Source: Balanoglossus misakiensis
Lineage: Eukaryota > Animalia > Hemichordata
Assembly (NCBI GenBank): GCA_040954595.2
Contig: CM082580.2
Coordinates: 5,835,519 to 5,899,518, forward strand
DNA length: 64,000 bases
Direction of reading: 5' to 3'
Below the pieces are notes generated by a model. The model did no database searches, was not told where the DNA came from, and saw nothing but the letters and a program-made list of their open reading frames with translations. Position 1 is the stretch's first letter, and every line of letters starts with the position of its first letter. This document shows positions 41,201 through 53,400 of this stretch, piece by piece. Both the position numbers and the translations under genes were made by a program.

Positions 41201-44200
41201 TTCTACCCACCATTAGCTTTGCCGTCTTTGTCCAGCAGGATCTGAGTGACCGGAGCCCTGACCAGAACTTTACCGCCGGCCTTCTCGATGGTGGGGATGA
41301 TGTGGAAGGCGATCTCACTGGCTCCTCCCTTGGGATAGAAAGCACCGCCAAAGAAATGGTTGGTCAGTCCGGCATGGAACATAAAACTACTTTCATCCGG
41401 TGGTACTCCTTTGAAATGAAAGTTAAGGGTAAAATGACAGCATGAGAATGCATTGAATGGAAAATTTCCTTTCCACTTTCAAAGAAATTTCTCAAAATTC
41501 TATGAAACTACTTCACCTGCAGTTATACTTATATTTCTCACAAATAAATCTCACGTGAGTTTCAGTCTCATAGAACATTACTTTATATCGCCCTCACACA
41601 TATTTTATTTAGCTAAGGTGTGAGGGCGCTGTTTGCTGGTGTAATCAAATGCACCAGGACCATTCTTATTGGCCAAAGTTGCCGGGTTTTTTCTGAGATT
41701 TTTAATAACGATGTTGCATTGCAGCAAATTTGATATAATGCAGTGGTGAAGTTGAAAATTCGTGCAAAACAAAGAATATAATTCTTTGGGATTTCAATCA
41801 CCTCCCTGAAAGCCTCGGTATTTTTTATCCCATTCAGTATTTTTACCCCATTCATCCAGTTTGATAGCTACAGTCTTTTTAAGCTTCTCAACAAAGCCTG
41901 CACATGGGTGACGGCCATTGTTGACAACTTCACTGCATTTTAGTTCAAGTTATCAACAATAATAATGCAAAATATATCACACACTACAAATATAGCACTG
42001 GTATTTTTTGTGTTTTACAGAGTAGAACAAGAAACCACAGCTTATACCCGAAACAAATATTTTGAAAAAACAGCCGAAAATTGGGAGTTACCGGAGCTTT
42101 AACAGCACACACATACCATAGTCACCAAAGTTGTAGGCCATCATAGCCTGGAGGTCTTTGTTGTCTGTGAGTTCGTCCAGCACTTCTTCCGTGGTGCTCT
42201 CTGCATATTTGAAGTATGGCGATATCCAGTACACAAGTCCAGTGGAGACAACGAGATTTGTCAGCCATCGGGGTAACAGCTTGAGTATGGAGCCATGAGT
42301 GTCACATTTACGACACTTCTGTATAATGCAATCATATCAATTCGACTGTGATTAAAATACTGGCTATTATATTCCGTTTTATTTTTCAAGTAAGGATTCC
42401 CTGTGAGGACATAGAGTCCGTCTTCTTTCACGGGATTATTAAATGAAAATTGTTAGAAAACCAATTTCTACTACCGGTATTGTCATTTTCGTGAAATTTT
42501 GCACAAACATGTAGCTCAGTCACAAGAAATTAATTTTAGCGCTTGACAAAATCTTATGGTTACTGTTTTGTGATAACTTCATACAATGTTTTTTGCCCGT
42601 AGAAAAAAAAAAGATAAAAAATAGCTGACTTAGCTGTGGGTGAAATGGTTAAAACATTGCAAAGAAATTTCTCACCTCCAGCAATGATATAAATTTGTCG
42701 ATTGCCTTCTGTTCTTGTGGAAATTTGTCCAGGAGACACTGCCTGTATCTATCTTTGGTGGAATAGATTGGGAAGTATCGTGGCTTTCCTGGCTCTCCCA
42801 GAGCCAGGATGTCGTAGGGCTCATCCAGACGTTGCCACTGTAATTGGCCATTGGTAAGCTGGTCAATAAACAACTTCTGAGGTTCACTACTATCCAACTC
42901 ACCAACATAGTGAATTCCTGTAATAAAACAAATAATAAAAAAATCACCATAAAATCACTATTAAGAATGTATTTTTTTCTTCTAGATACCAGTAAGCAAG
43001 CACATGTAGTCATGAGATTAATAGTGTTTGCACCTGTGCAACGATGCTTTAAATCTGGTCATGTGATATAAGTGCCTATCTTGGCACATTTTCAAACAAT
43101 TCACAATTTTTTTTCTTGGATCCTAGCAAATCATCTACATGTAAAGTAAGCTACACCTTTGGTATCTCTTATAGAGTAACATTTTTACAGTATTTAGTGT
43201 ACACAAGCTTCATCAGTGAAAGATTTTTTTTATGACAAGTTATCTGTGGTAAAAATTATCCATATAGGGACAAGCTTGCATAACTGAGAATTTATAGACA
43301 TTTGCCATATTTATTTAAGTAGGTGTTGCAGAGAGCTTGTGCTGTTTAAACATTAAAAAAACACTAAAACGAATTTACACGTATTACTATGTGAAAGGGT
43401 CACGGCTACACTGAAGTGTATTTACATTGCAAGATATAAATTGGTGCATGAGTGGGCAGAAAAATTTACTCACGGACCACACACGATTATAAAAAATAAA
43501 AGTCGAAATCACAAACAATCCACTTGACCTTACCGACATCAAATTCGAATCCCTTTTCGATGAAGGTATGGCAGCAGCCGCCGGCTTGGTCATGTTGTTC
43601 CAGAACGAGCACTTTCTTTCCAGTTCTGGCAAGAAGGGCAGCCACTGACAGGCCACCGATCCCGCTGCCGATAACTATGGCATCCAACTCTTCAGGGACC
43701 TTCTTCTCCGCAAACCCTGCGTGCAAACAAAGTCGCACCAAAAACTGGTTAAATGTGTACGAAATGTGAAATTTCAGGTCAAACAATATTTGTGAGTAAA
43801 GTGAAGATTCATTCATAGCATGGTTTTAGACACTGGAATTAATAAGCAAGCAAAGTCAAGCATATCGTACATGTACGTGGAACTGTTTATTGAGAAACCC
43901 TTTCACCCCAGTTCCCTCTATATAGGTCCAACCTTACCATAGTGACGAATACCACAATAATTGTGTACTATTTGCATGGAGGGTGATCAAACGGGTGTGG
44001 CACCCGTTTAATATATCTCAAATTCCAGTTCCACTTGAAAGGCTTGGCTGAGTGGAGAATGGCGGAGGGGGATCACTGGTTGGATAGCAAACAAACACAC
44101 ACACAGGAACAACCTTCCAGAACGCTTGCAAATAAACGCTAATAAACACAGTGATCCCCCTAGCTGGTTACACTGAATTTGAACCAAGTTAATACTTTAA

Positions 44201-46209
44201 CTAGGCCACATGTTCAAATTGCAACATACAGCCACAATTGAGCGTCTATAAGACGTTCATGTATACCTATCAGTAAGCTTATTTAGATGGACCACTCTAA
44301 GTTAGAAAGTTAAATAATAAAAATAATGCAAAAAGTGGTAGCTGCTCTCGATTACCCCTTAAGTCACTTGGAATGATTTTTATTTCTCATTTATTAAAGT
44401 ACGTAATTCTCAGCTGACCCTCTGATTTCCCTGCGAACTGACCCAAATAAGATTGATATACATTCAAGGGATGATGTGGGACAAGGTCACAAACAATATG
44501 TGGAGATTGATGTCTGACTGGCCTTCATTTGGACTTTCCCCTTTCCGGCAAAATTCCAAAAGAAGCTTTAAGGAAGCGTTCATAAACACTTTCAGAGGGG
44601 TTACTCTGGGGTGATGCGGGGGGGGGGGGGGGGGGGGGGGGGGCGGGGGGCACTTGAAAAATTCGACAATGTAACAACTAACAATGAAAATGCTGGCTAC
44701 ATATAGCTTGGAAACCATGTCAGGTTTTTAGGGCAAGCATGTAACAGGGCCTTCAGTACCTCAGTACCGGTATGAATATTCAACCGATTTTAGGACTGTA
44801 TATGGGCATAACTGAATCAGACTAGATAAGAGAGAGACCTGAGTGTACAGCACTTTCCAGTCCTGCACATACAGGTTCTTCGTCAGGCAAAAATTTCAGA
44901 CAGTCACAACACAACACAACACAGCACTGCATGCTTACAGCCATATCCTCACTCACTACAGGGTCAGTTCTACTGTCTATGGTTCTGCCAAGTCAAGTCA
45001 CAGTGCTGGTTACTCATACATATTCATAGCCTAATTAATATTCATTAGTAATAGTATACTGTCTTCTAACAGCCAAGTGCTGTGACAATAGCTGTCATAC
45101 TGATCAATTTTTTAAGGATGTTTGTGGGTATATAAAATAAGGGTGAATGATTTTTCCAAATGCTCCCCCTCCCAGAGATGTTTGTGAATACTGCCTTTAG
45201 CTAACCTGGTAGGCTTTTCAGTATAGCTGATATCATGAGGTGGCCTCATGACTAATGTAATGCAGTCTGGATGTGTTCCATCAAAATACTTTAGTAAATT
45301 ACACCATCGTGTTACATATCACCGGTAGTTGCTGATTGTCAGCATTTTTGTATGATCACATCAGATCATGTCATAACCAGTTACATGTATACATCTAAGT
45401 GTGAATGTAATTAGTACAGTAAGGAACTTTAGACTGTCAGCCCACCAGTCTCACTTCAACAAAGACTTTGATCTATATCACGTTACATATTTTTAAATAT
45501 ATATCCAAAGATATGGGATTCACCATGGAGACCATAGTGCTCAATGTCTACTGGCAGAGCATGTGTAAGGATAAGGCTAGCAAGTTAGAGCACTGTACAT
45601 GTGATTTGTTTTGAAAGTAATCATCAGAAAATAAATATGGTAAAGAACTCGACTTGTGTTTGTTGCAGTCCTGAATACTGCAATGAAAGTGTCAATGTAA
45701 TAGTTCAATATCTTTGCTGGATAAACAAAAGTGATTGCCGCCTCTCTCTCATGCTGAAAACAATCCCCTCCCAGCTAACTGGCCTATCAACCTTGCACGT
45801 ATGTAAAACTACAGTGTTTAACTGAGCGGATGATGCATACATAATCGATCACGCATTAAGCTCAATTTCGAAGACAATGTTGCAGGCATTTCATATTACC
45901 GCTTTTTAAGTGAAATTTCTGGGCCTCACCGTGTGACTTTAGTTGGCTCTGCAGCAATGGTAAAGACATGAACACAAATCGGATATAGATATCGATTTTA
46001 CCTTGTTTGAGGACCGCATCCCGAGCTGAACGGTCGGTGACGAGAGGTTCGGGCGGACGCGTCGTGTCGAATTTGAACGGGTTTTTGGATGGATCGTACC
46101 GATTCATGAACCACGACAAGACAGCTATGAAAACTGCCGTGAATAACACTGCCACGATAAACGTTGGGTTGGCGCCTATAATGGCGAATAATTTAGCGGT
46201 GGCGGTCAT
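38236..46209 (-). CDS. RETSAT: Retinol saturase-like, copy 2, about 620 aa, 10 exons
   Basis: Exons 46209-46002, 43716-43534, 42917-42676, 42318-42117, 41408-41211 (AAG acceptor), 40904-40785, 40154-39903, 39599-39433, 39062-38903, 38366-38236; 1863 nt. Exon lengths equal copy 1 except exon 7 (252 vs 255 nt); same motifs. Confidence 0.95.
39051..39340. repeat. Local direct duplication of the exon 9 splice-acceptor region of RETSAT copy 2
   Basis: aaaatattccacctatgggacagagcacaggtcg occurs at 39051-39084 and 39269-39302; weaker similarity continues through gcgagattttg. Confidence 0.9.
43896..44190. mobile_element. TTAA-type MITE fragment apparently interrupted by a second small element with an internal inverted repeat
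   Basis: The left part matches the 33121 element up to ttaccata; a 12-bp inverted repeat gggggatcactg/cagtgatccccc (about 44066-44160) encloses a short CA tract; acactgaatttgaacca afterwards resembles the rest of the MITE. Confidence 0.45.
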
Positions 46210-46314
46210 GATGGAGCTGGTAGTTAACGACCGCACGGAGGCCGCTCCTTCTGTCGGCTGGCTGTGAGCTATAAATAGTAACATGTATATGCTGTCTGCT
46301 TCATCATGCATGGA

Positions 46315-46327
46315 CACGTGACGTCAC
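46315..46327. promoter_or_regulatory. Overlapping E-box/CRE composite about 110 bp upstream of the RETSAT copy 2 ATG
   Basis: CACGTGACGTCAC contains CACGTG and palindromic TGACGTCA; a TATA-like tatttata lies on the minus strand near 46270-46277. Confidence 0.45.
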
Positions 46328-46515
46328 GGATGACCCAATTATACAATACAGAACATTTTACACAAAATGAACACCAAAAGCATAAAAGTGAATTTACCCA
46401 CGACCACTCTCACCAACGCACGTGCCTAAATATTGATCGCTCTCCCTAAAACGGACATGTTCTCTTGCCCATCAAATAAAACAAACCAGCATATTTTAGG
46501 TGGCATGGAGACAAG

Positions 46516-46584
46516 CAATCTGATTAAAATCAGATGTGGGGAACGGCGACGTGGTTTTCCCTACATCTGATTTTAATCAGATTG
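46516..46584. mobile_element. 69-bp fold-back MITE with 9-bp TSD (family 2)
   Basis: Perfect 22-bp TIR caatctgattaaaatcagatgt/acatctgattttaatcagattg; ggagacaag duplicated at 46507-46515 and 46585-46593. Confidence 0.9.
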
Positions 46585-47116
46585 GGAGACAAGAAGGCAA
46601 CCTGCAGATCACCCCATCTCATCTCATGAATATGACATAAGCTGCATTGTTAGGCGGGCCGCCGTAAATTATTTTTTTTTTTTGCATATCACGCTACGTA
46701 TATACTGACATGTCAAGTCCGGGAGTCAAGTGAATCAGACGACACACTGTACGTACTCCCAGCCAGGTGCCAACCCTAGCTGCAGTTCAGTAGCTCGAGG
46801 TTTTACCATCCCCATCACGGTCTACCCTCCCGACCCTCTTTTCTTTGTATCGTTGTACTGCTGGTAGCCTTTAATTGTCCACGATAGAGGCCCTTGCTCT
46901 CTGTGTTATACAAGTAGGCCTAATTAATAGTGTAGCTGCTTTGTCTGGGGTTGCCGAGGACTGCGCTGTGACCCTATACGCGATATACGCTATATATTCA
47001 ATTCAAACACTACATAGGGGCCTAGCTGTAAATTGTACATTTTCTGCCTGGTAGTAGTTTGAGGCCATGCAATAAGCATATAAATTAATGCAAAGTTGAA
47101 TTGGAGCGGTATAATT

Positions 47117-47175
47117 TTTCTTTCTTTCTTTCTTTCTTTTCTTTCTTTCTTTCTTTCTTTCTATCTTTCTTTCTT
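47117..47175. repeat. (TTTC)n microsatellite
   Basis: Directly visible. Confidence 0.95.
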
Positions 47176-47998
47176 TTTTATAAACACGACACGCCCGACT
47201 GTCGATGGCAGTCGAAAATGACAGCGATTAAATTGTAAAAACCACTATACAAATTAAGCAAATTCCATTGAGCCCGAATTTTGCGATCGTAGTTTCACTA
47301 AAAAGTAATTTATGCTTTTCTTGTCTACGTTTTTATTGATCTGTTAGTATATCTGAGTGGAAAACGTTCGTAGAAAAGATTATGCACGTCTAACCAGCGA
47401 GCTTGAGTTTAAAGTTTGAATCATAAATTGATCATCGAACAATCAGTCAGAGCGACATTTACTGTTCTAAGACTCAGAATGCGCTTTATTGGTCTTTACT
47501 TTGTTTGTTTAATAGGCATGTGGTCAACTATGTGGCCTATACTTGACCTGAAAGTAAGTGTCATGGGTGGTGGACGGTTGTCTGTGATAAAAGTCTTTTG
47601 TGGGCGGTTATGTCAGATAAAACTGTTTTAGTCAAATACAATGAGCCCACAAACATCAAACACTAGCCGAATAACCAATTTCCCATTGCAAACACTCGAG
47701 TCATGGATTATACACTAATTGAATTGTGCCTCCATTTAGGCATACTGGGGAATCATATACATTGTGTTCTACATTTTAGAATTCATAATAGCATTGATAA
47801 AATCAAGTAATATTTCCAAACGTCGTAGTATTCTTTAATGAACGGGGCAATGGAATACTGAATAATGACCATAATGTGTGATAAATTCGGTTCTTGGTCT
47901 TTCAGTGTGAAAAGTCACCGGTAAAACTTCGAAGTATTTACACGCGTACACAATCTCCATCTAGTTTGCATTGATCACTGGGCATGACTGGCGGTGCC

Positions 47999-48090
47999 CA
48001 ATCTGAAGAAAAAAAAAATCAATTTATTATATACCGCGCAAGTAAGAGACGTCGCCGTTCCCGACCCAACATCTGATTTTAATCAGATTG
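47999..48090. mobile_element. 92-bp MITE with 9-bp TSD (family 2, opposite orientation)
   Basis: caatctga ... acgtcgccgttccc ... acatctgattttaatcagattg; ggcggtgcc duplicated at 47990-47998 and 48091-48099; the core is the reverse complement of gggaacggcgacgt in the 46516 copy. Confidence 0.85.
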
Positions 48091-48350
48091 GGCGGTGCCC
48101 AACATGCCCAATTCGCTTCAATGAGGTGATTCTAAACCGCCGTATCCCCAATCAGGCTCGATTTTTGTTTTATTACACTACAACTGAACAGAAAAAAAAT
48201 CGGAGGCCAAAAATTGATGCAACTTGATCCATTTCACCACTATTAAACCTGGACCTGCCGTCATTACCAGCATTGAGGTCATTCAACCCGACCTTTGGGT
48301 TCAAATGGAGGTCAACATACGTCACCAGCAGGGATCGTGCAGACAGCAAA

Positions 48351-49125
48351 ATGGCTGCGCCCAGTCACAGTCGCATGACACTGTTAGATTCTCAGCAAAA
48401 AGAATCTGCTATGAAAAGTCAAAGACGAATGTTTGAGTTGGAAGAGAACATTCGAGAACAAGAGATACTGGAAGGAGAGTTGTCGTCAATGAAAAAGGGA
48501 AAGGTAAATTTGTCTTGAGCAACCACGATTTTGCAAACACAAAATATGCCCTGTGAGACAAACAGCAACCCACCTGAAACATACATGTACCAGTTTCTAT
48601 ACACCTCTGACATGTCTGAGGCTCAAACTGTATTAGCCTTTCAGAAATTCTGCCCATTTAGACCTATAAATTCACTCTGCACACCTAAAGGAATGAAACA
48701 TGTACACAATCCATTCAAGACGGGCCTGTTCAAAAGCTCTCCTGCAAGTTGAAAAATAACTTGCACAAGTTGCAGTTGGCAAGTACATCTTGTATCGCAA
48801 AATAATTTGTTTGTCACGTATGTGATGTCATCTTTTTCAGAGTGTATACAGGCAGCAACCTAACAGCAATATTTTCTTCAAGACAGAATTTTCTCAGACA
48901 TTGGAAGATTGTAGAAGTGAGTATTCAAACTTATTTGGAACGTTTTTTGTAGAAATGACGGGAGTTACATTCCTCCTGATTATTTCATACAAACAATTTC
49001 GGCACTAAATACAGTTCAGCGGTAATGTTATTTTATCTGATTGGTGATTATTACATGCACATTTGTAACCCCCAGAATCTCTGAAAAGCCTTCAGGATGA
49101 GTACAAGCAAACTGGTCAGCCCTGA
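48351..49125 (+). CDS. ASDURF: ASDURF (ASNSD1 upstream reading frame protein; prefoldin-like PAQosome subunit) homolog, 92 aa, 3 exons
   Basis: Exons 48351-48503, 48841-48916, 49076-49125 (279 nt) give MAAPSHSRMTLLDSQQKESAMKSQRRMFELEENIREQEILEGELSSMKKGK-SVYRQQPNSNIFFKTEFSQTLEDCR-KSLKSLQDEYKQTGQP*. The VYRQQxNSNIFF motif between two coiled-coil helices matches human ASDURF as recalled (IKEQ..[24 protein letters not shown]..EY). Confidence 0.9.
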
Positions 49126-50442
49126 CACCGGCAGGAACTGAAGTGGAATAAGGACAGTGTGTAGAGTACGTCCATTAACATTGGAATGATGGAGTCTTGT
49201 GACGAGGACAGCAAGCCAGGAAGGAAAGGGATTTATCAACATTATAATATATAAATCAACATTATGCTTCATACATTGAGAATGTTGCCACATGGTGGCG
49301 CTCTTTGCAGACACCAGGGCAGCTTGTAGTATAAAAAAGCTGAGCATATGATGATTTCAAACATTATCTAAGGGAAACATAGTCAAGAATCCAAGATCGA
49401 CTTTGGGAATTCTTAACTTCTTTTAGTTACTGTGATGTATCAATATTTCACTTATGAAAAAGCAGTGTCAGACACTTATGCACCAGAGAAGTTACACAGT
49501 TGTACAATATTAAAACTTTATTACCTTTGCCAGTTTGTATTTAATAATATTTCAATAATAAAATACCAGAATGCATGGTTAAAAAGTACAATTAGATACA
49601 TTTTCTTGTTTTGCTGCAATGTGTCTGATGTTTGATATGTGTAGATACAGAATTTCAAGTTCACCACTCAAAACATGTAGCTTTATTACCAGACTTGAAT
49701 TGGAAGAACATTAACTGTTACTGTGTCTTAATTTTCAGTAGTTTTGTTCTGTGTACCAAATGCAAATTCTTGTTCTACTCCAAACAGTTGAATGTCAACC
49801 CACAGTCACACAGCTCAGATGCATATATTGTTTGTGAATCACATGACAGGCACATCAGTTCATTTGCATAATTTTGGCTTTTGGCCACAGCTTTGTAGCA
49901 TTCTGCACCATTTTTTATGATTTAAAAATTCACATTCTCTACATAAATAAAAGACCCATGGCGTGGAAAATGCTGCTTGTGTGTCGATACCTGTGCACAA
50001 CACTGCAGACTTGTACGTAATAATTCCCCGGGCTGCCTTCAGGTGGGGCCGGCTGACAGGCCATGATCTCACAGAGCGCCCTCTACAGTATCCCCCATGT
50101 ACATGCAGTATGATGTATTTGATCAGAAATTGTGATTACCCAAAATGGTTCAGATGATAAGGAAAAGTCGGCGGGTCCCAGCCCCAGCGAGCAAAGTATA
50201 AATAGGCAGGTAATTTGCACCTGTCATTGATGACAATATGAAATCTGATTGGTTTAAAACATTGGCTATTCAAAATTCGTTGCAATATGTGCTTAAACAT
50301 ATGTAGGCATAGAGTGCAACTTCCGAAAGCACGTTTTCAGATGGATTTTTGAAATGACGGTTTCTGGTCCTCTGTTCCTATTTGACAGCCTGTCAGGTCA
50401 TGTGACAGACACATGACTTGGATTCTGCATGGAACTTGGTCA

Positions 50443-53400
50443 TTAATGGTTTATCTCTTCTATGGTTTCTACCGGTATTTCCTCGGCCTTGGATTGGGAA
50501 TCGGGTCCTGATGTGAGATTCATGGATTCGTCCGAATCCGAGGCGGTCAACAGCCTGCTTGAGGCATCTCTTTCCGTCTTCCAGTGGATTCCCAGTGATT
50601 CCAATTCATAGCCCGACTCCGACGCTGGACAGCACTGAAATCGGGAAAACAGGGTGATGGATTTGAAGGTATGGTAGAATGCGCATCAACAATCTGTAAA
50701 ACATTTTCTCATATTTTGCTCAAGGCAACTTTAGTTTATTCTCTCTCCAAAGTGACAAAAACTAGTGGTGCACACAAAAACAATCAGGTCACTTACCGGT
50801 ATCCGTGCTAGGCATTTAGATCCCAGTGATATCAAACACTTCCATGCCTGAAAGAAAGAACCGGGAATAGATATGACCCATTGTGCTGTACATGTAGATG
50901 TATGGAGTGTACACAGACAAAAATCACCTCATTTTTGATGCAATCATTCCTGTCCACGACAGTTAATTTTCGCGATATCAAAAGAGGCAACTGTTACGTG
51001 AGGATTACTTTTCGCGCTCTCGTATTTCACTAACTGCATCGTTATCTCCGAAAAACATTTTACGCGACTTTTTATTTTCACGTGCTTTTGGCTCTCACGT
51101 ATTTCGCGAAAATTTATTGCCTGCAAAAATAACCCGTTTTACAGTAGACTACGTTTGATTTTGTCATGTACCGGTATGTCTACCAGTGAAAATAATGGCG
51201 GCAAAGAGTGAAACACAACAGTCACACTTACCAGATATGCAATAAAGAAAACATAGAAGACTAAGACAACTGCCAAAGCCAGGTAAACAGCCCAGTGTTT
51301 GGGTAACACTCCAATGAAGACCACCACAAAGTAGGAATTAATTCCCATCACCACCAGTGCTAGAAGACTGGCAATTATTTTGGAAACCCTGGGGAGAAAT
51401 ACACGGGAAAGGAAATCGTCAATATGCAGCGAAAAAAAAACTGGCTTCATGAAGTATTCAAAGACAAATGCTTGGAATCACCATACTCGATTCTTTGAGC
51501 TAAACTCTTATCCACTCCTTCCATCTACTTGCTTCGTCCAACACTGACAACTGCACATCGTACTTACATGCCATTTTGAAAATCTCCCATCAATGAACCC
51601 ACACTTGTAAATGTCAATATTGGAATCAAGGCAAATGGAAGCTGAAATAAAACAAAAGAAACATCAGACAGTGTAGCAATTTTGCAATGCAATGACGGGT
51701 TTCCATGGAGATATTCTCATCTTGTGCAGTTACATGTACTAGTCTACTGCTCGGATAATGGACCTGTCTTTCATCGGAAGTTATAAAAGACAGCAAAAAT
51801 CTACTCTTTGTGTACTTTGACCCTTTGAATAATTACCTCTAATCCACATACCTGTAAACTTTGCAGAACATTGAGAGCATCATTCATTCCGGTCAGCTGT
51901 TCGACACCACGGAATACTGCCACGATTATGGTCGGCACGATGGCTATGGATCGTGTCAGAAGAACCCTTTTCCACCTGGACCACTGTAAATTGAGAAACC
52001 CCTGCAAAACCACAGAAGCAGGATGCTGAGTTTTACAGTCAGTTAAACCGAACACCATTGAGAGACCAACTGGCCATTACCATGAATCTGACACTTTCTA
52101 TAAAACTGGGGGATCTGATGGAGGTGTATGTCAGAAATGCAGATAAACAATTTTGTACATTGTTCAACTCACCTCCATAACAAATTGACCGGCATACGTT
52201 CCAGTCATGGTTGAACTCTGACCTGCAGCCAGGATTCCAATCGCCCAAATGTACAGTGCTGCACTGCCATATTCACAACCTAAAAATACGCCCTACAAAA
52301 AAAAACAACAATGAAAATTTACCTTAAAAATCAACAACTGTTTGGAAACACTAATACCTTATATTTGTACGAATACCTTGCGTAATATCCCAGTATACTT
52401 CACCACCAGACATAAAACATGATTCAAATTTTGTCTAGACTTGTATTTTTCCAGTTTTCACAGTAAAATTTACTTTCACAATATATTATTTTTATGTCTT
52501 TTTTTCATGCTGCATTGCGACGCACATTAACTTCATGTCTCCACTTGCAAAAAAATTCATGACACCAGATCAGAACCAGATGCATACATGACACACTAGT
52601 TATACATGTAGTTAATACCTTATGACTCAATGGTAAAAAGTTTGTATCCTCAGAACTTACCCCTTTATACAAATCCATCTCTACAGTAGAATCGTTCACT
52701 TGAAAAAGATGCGAGTATGGACTGTTTGCTTCTTCACACTTTTGATGCTGCGGAGCAGAAAGAGAGATAAAAAAATACATGTACGGCAAGGTTAATGGAG
52801 TCGGACTACAGGCATACCTGTCCTAAGAATTTCAAATCTACCTGTATGTTAATCCGCTACCCTGCATTGAGTAACACCCAGAGACCGCTTGTGGAAACCA
52901 TCACTTTAAACATCAGTTGAACATTTGCTGTTTGACTCTGAGTCGTTGCTAATCATTGTTAACGCAGCAGACAGATTTTCCCTCAAACTTACAATTTCTG
53001 CGTTACTTCTTCCATACAACCCTTCTGCAAAGACAGAGACTATGAACACATTGATTGCACAGGACACTGTCAGCGCGATTGTGGCTTCTATAAAGTAATA
53101 CATGTTGGCTTCTTTCACTTCCTTCTTCTTGTCTCTGTTTATCGCCCTGGACTGCAAAAACAAGAGCCAAAAATCCTCGAAATTATCTTTTTTTGAAGGT
53201 GTCTAAATCAATATTCAGATAGCTGTGATCAGTATCTCCATAACATAAAGATCATACCTCCAACTATGCAATGGAATTTTAACATCCAAAAAGAGTACTG
53301 TCGCCCCCAGCACAGCAAAGATTCAAGAATAAACTATGTTTTTTCACTCACAAAAATTCAACACGGTACAGTAGGTCAAAAAGCTATTATTTTCACTTTG

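Noticed and set aside
41589-41628. 11-bp inverted repeat cgccctcacac/gtgtgagggcg as a transposon end or structured RNA
   Set aside because: No matching other end, TSD or second copy could be identified in the window.
49123-49170. Selenocysteine or stop read-through at the ASDURF TGA
   Set aside because: The frame closes at TAG after 12 more codons, the protein is already full length, and no SECIS-like element was evident.
49125-50442. Iron-responsive element in the NRAMP 3' UTR, as in vertebrate DMT1
   Set aside because: The only minus-strand CAGUG loop found (about 50001-50005) lacks the 5-bp upper stem and C bulge; the CAGUGU near 62440 also fails to pair. A covariance-model search would be needed to exclude atypical IREs.
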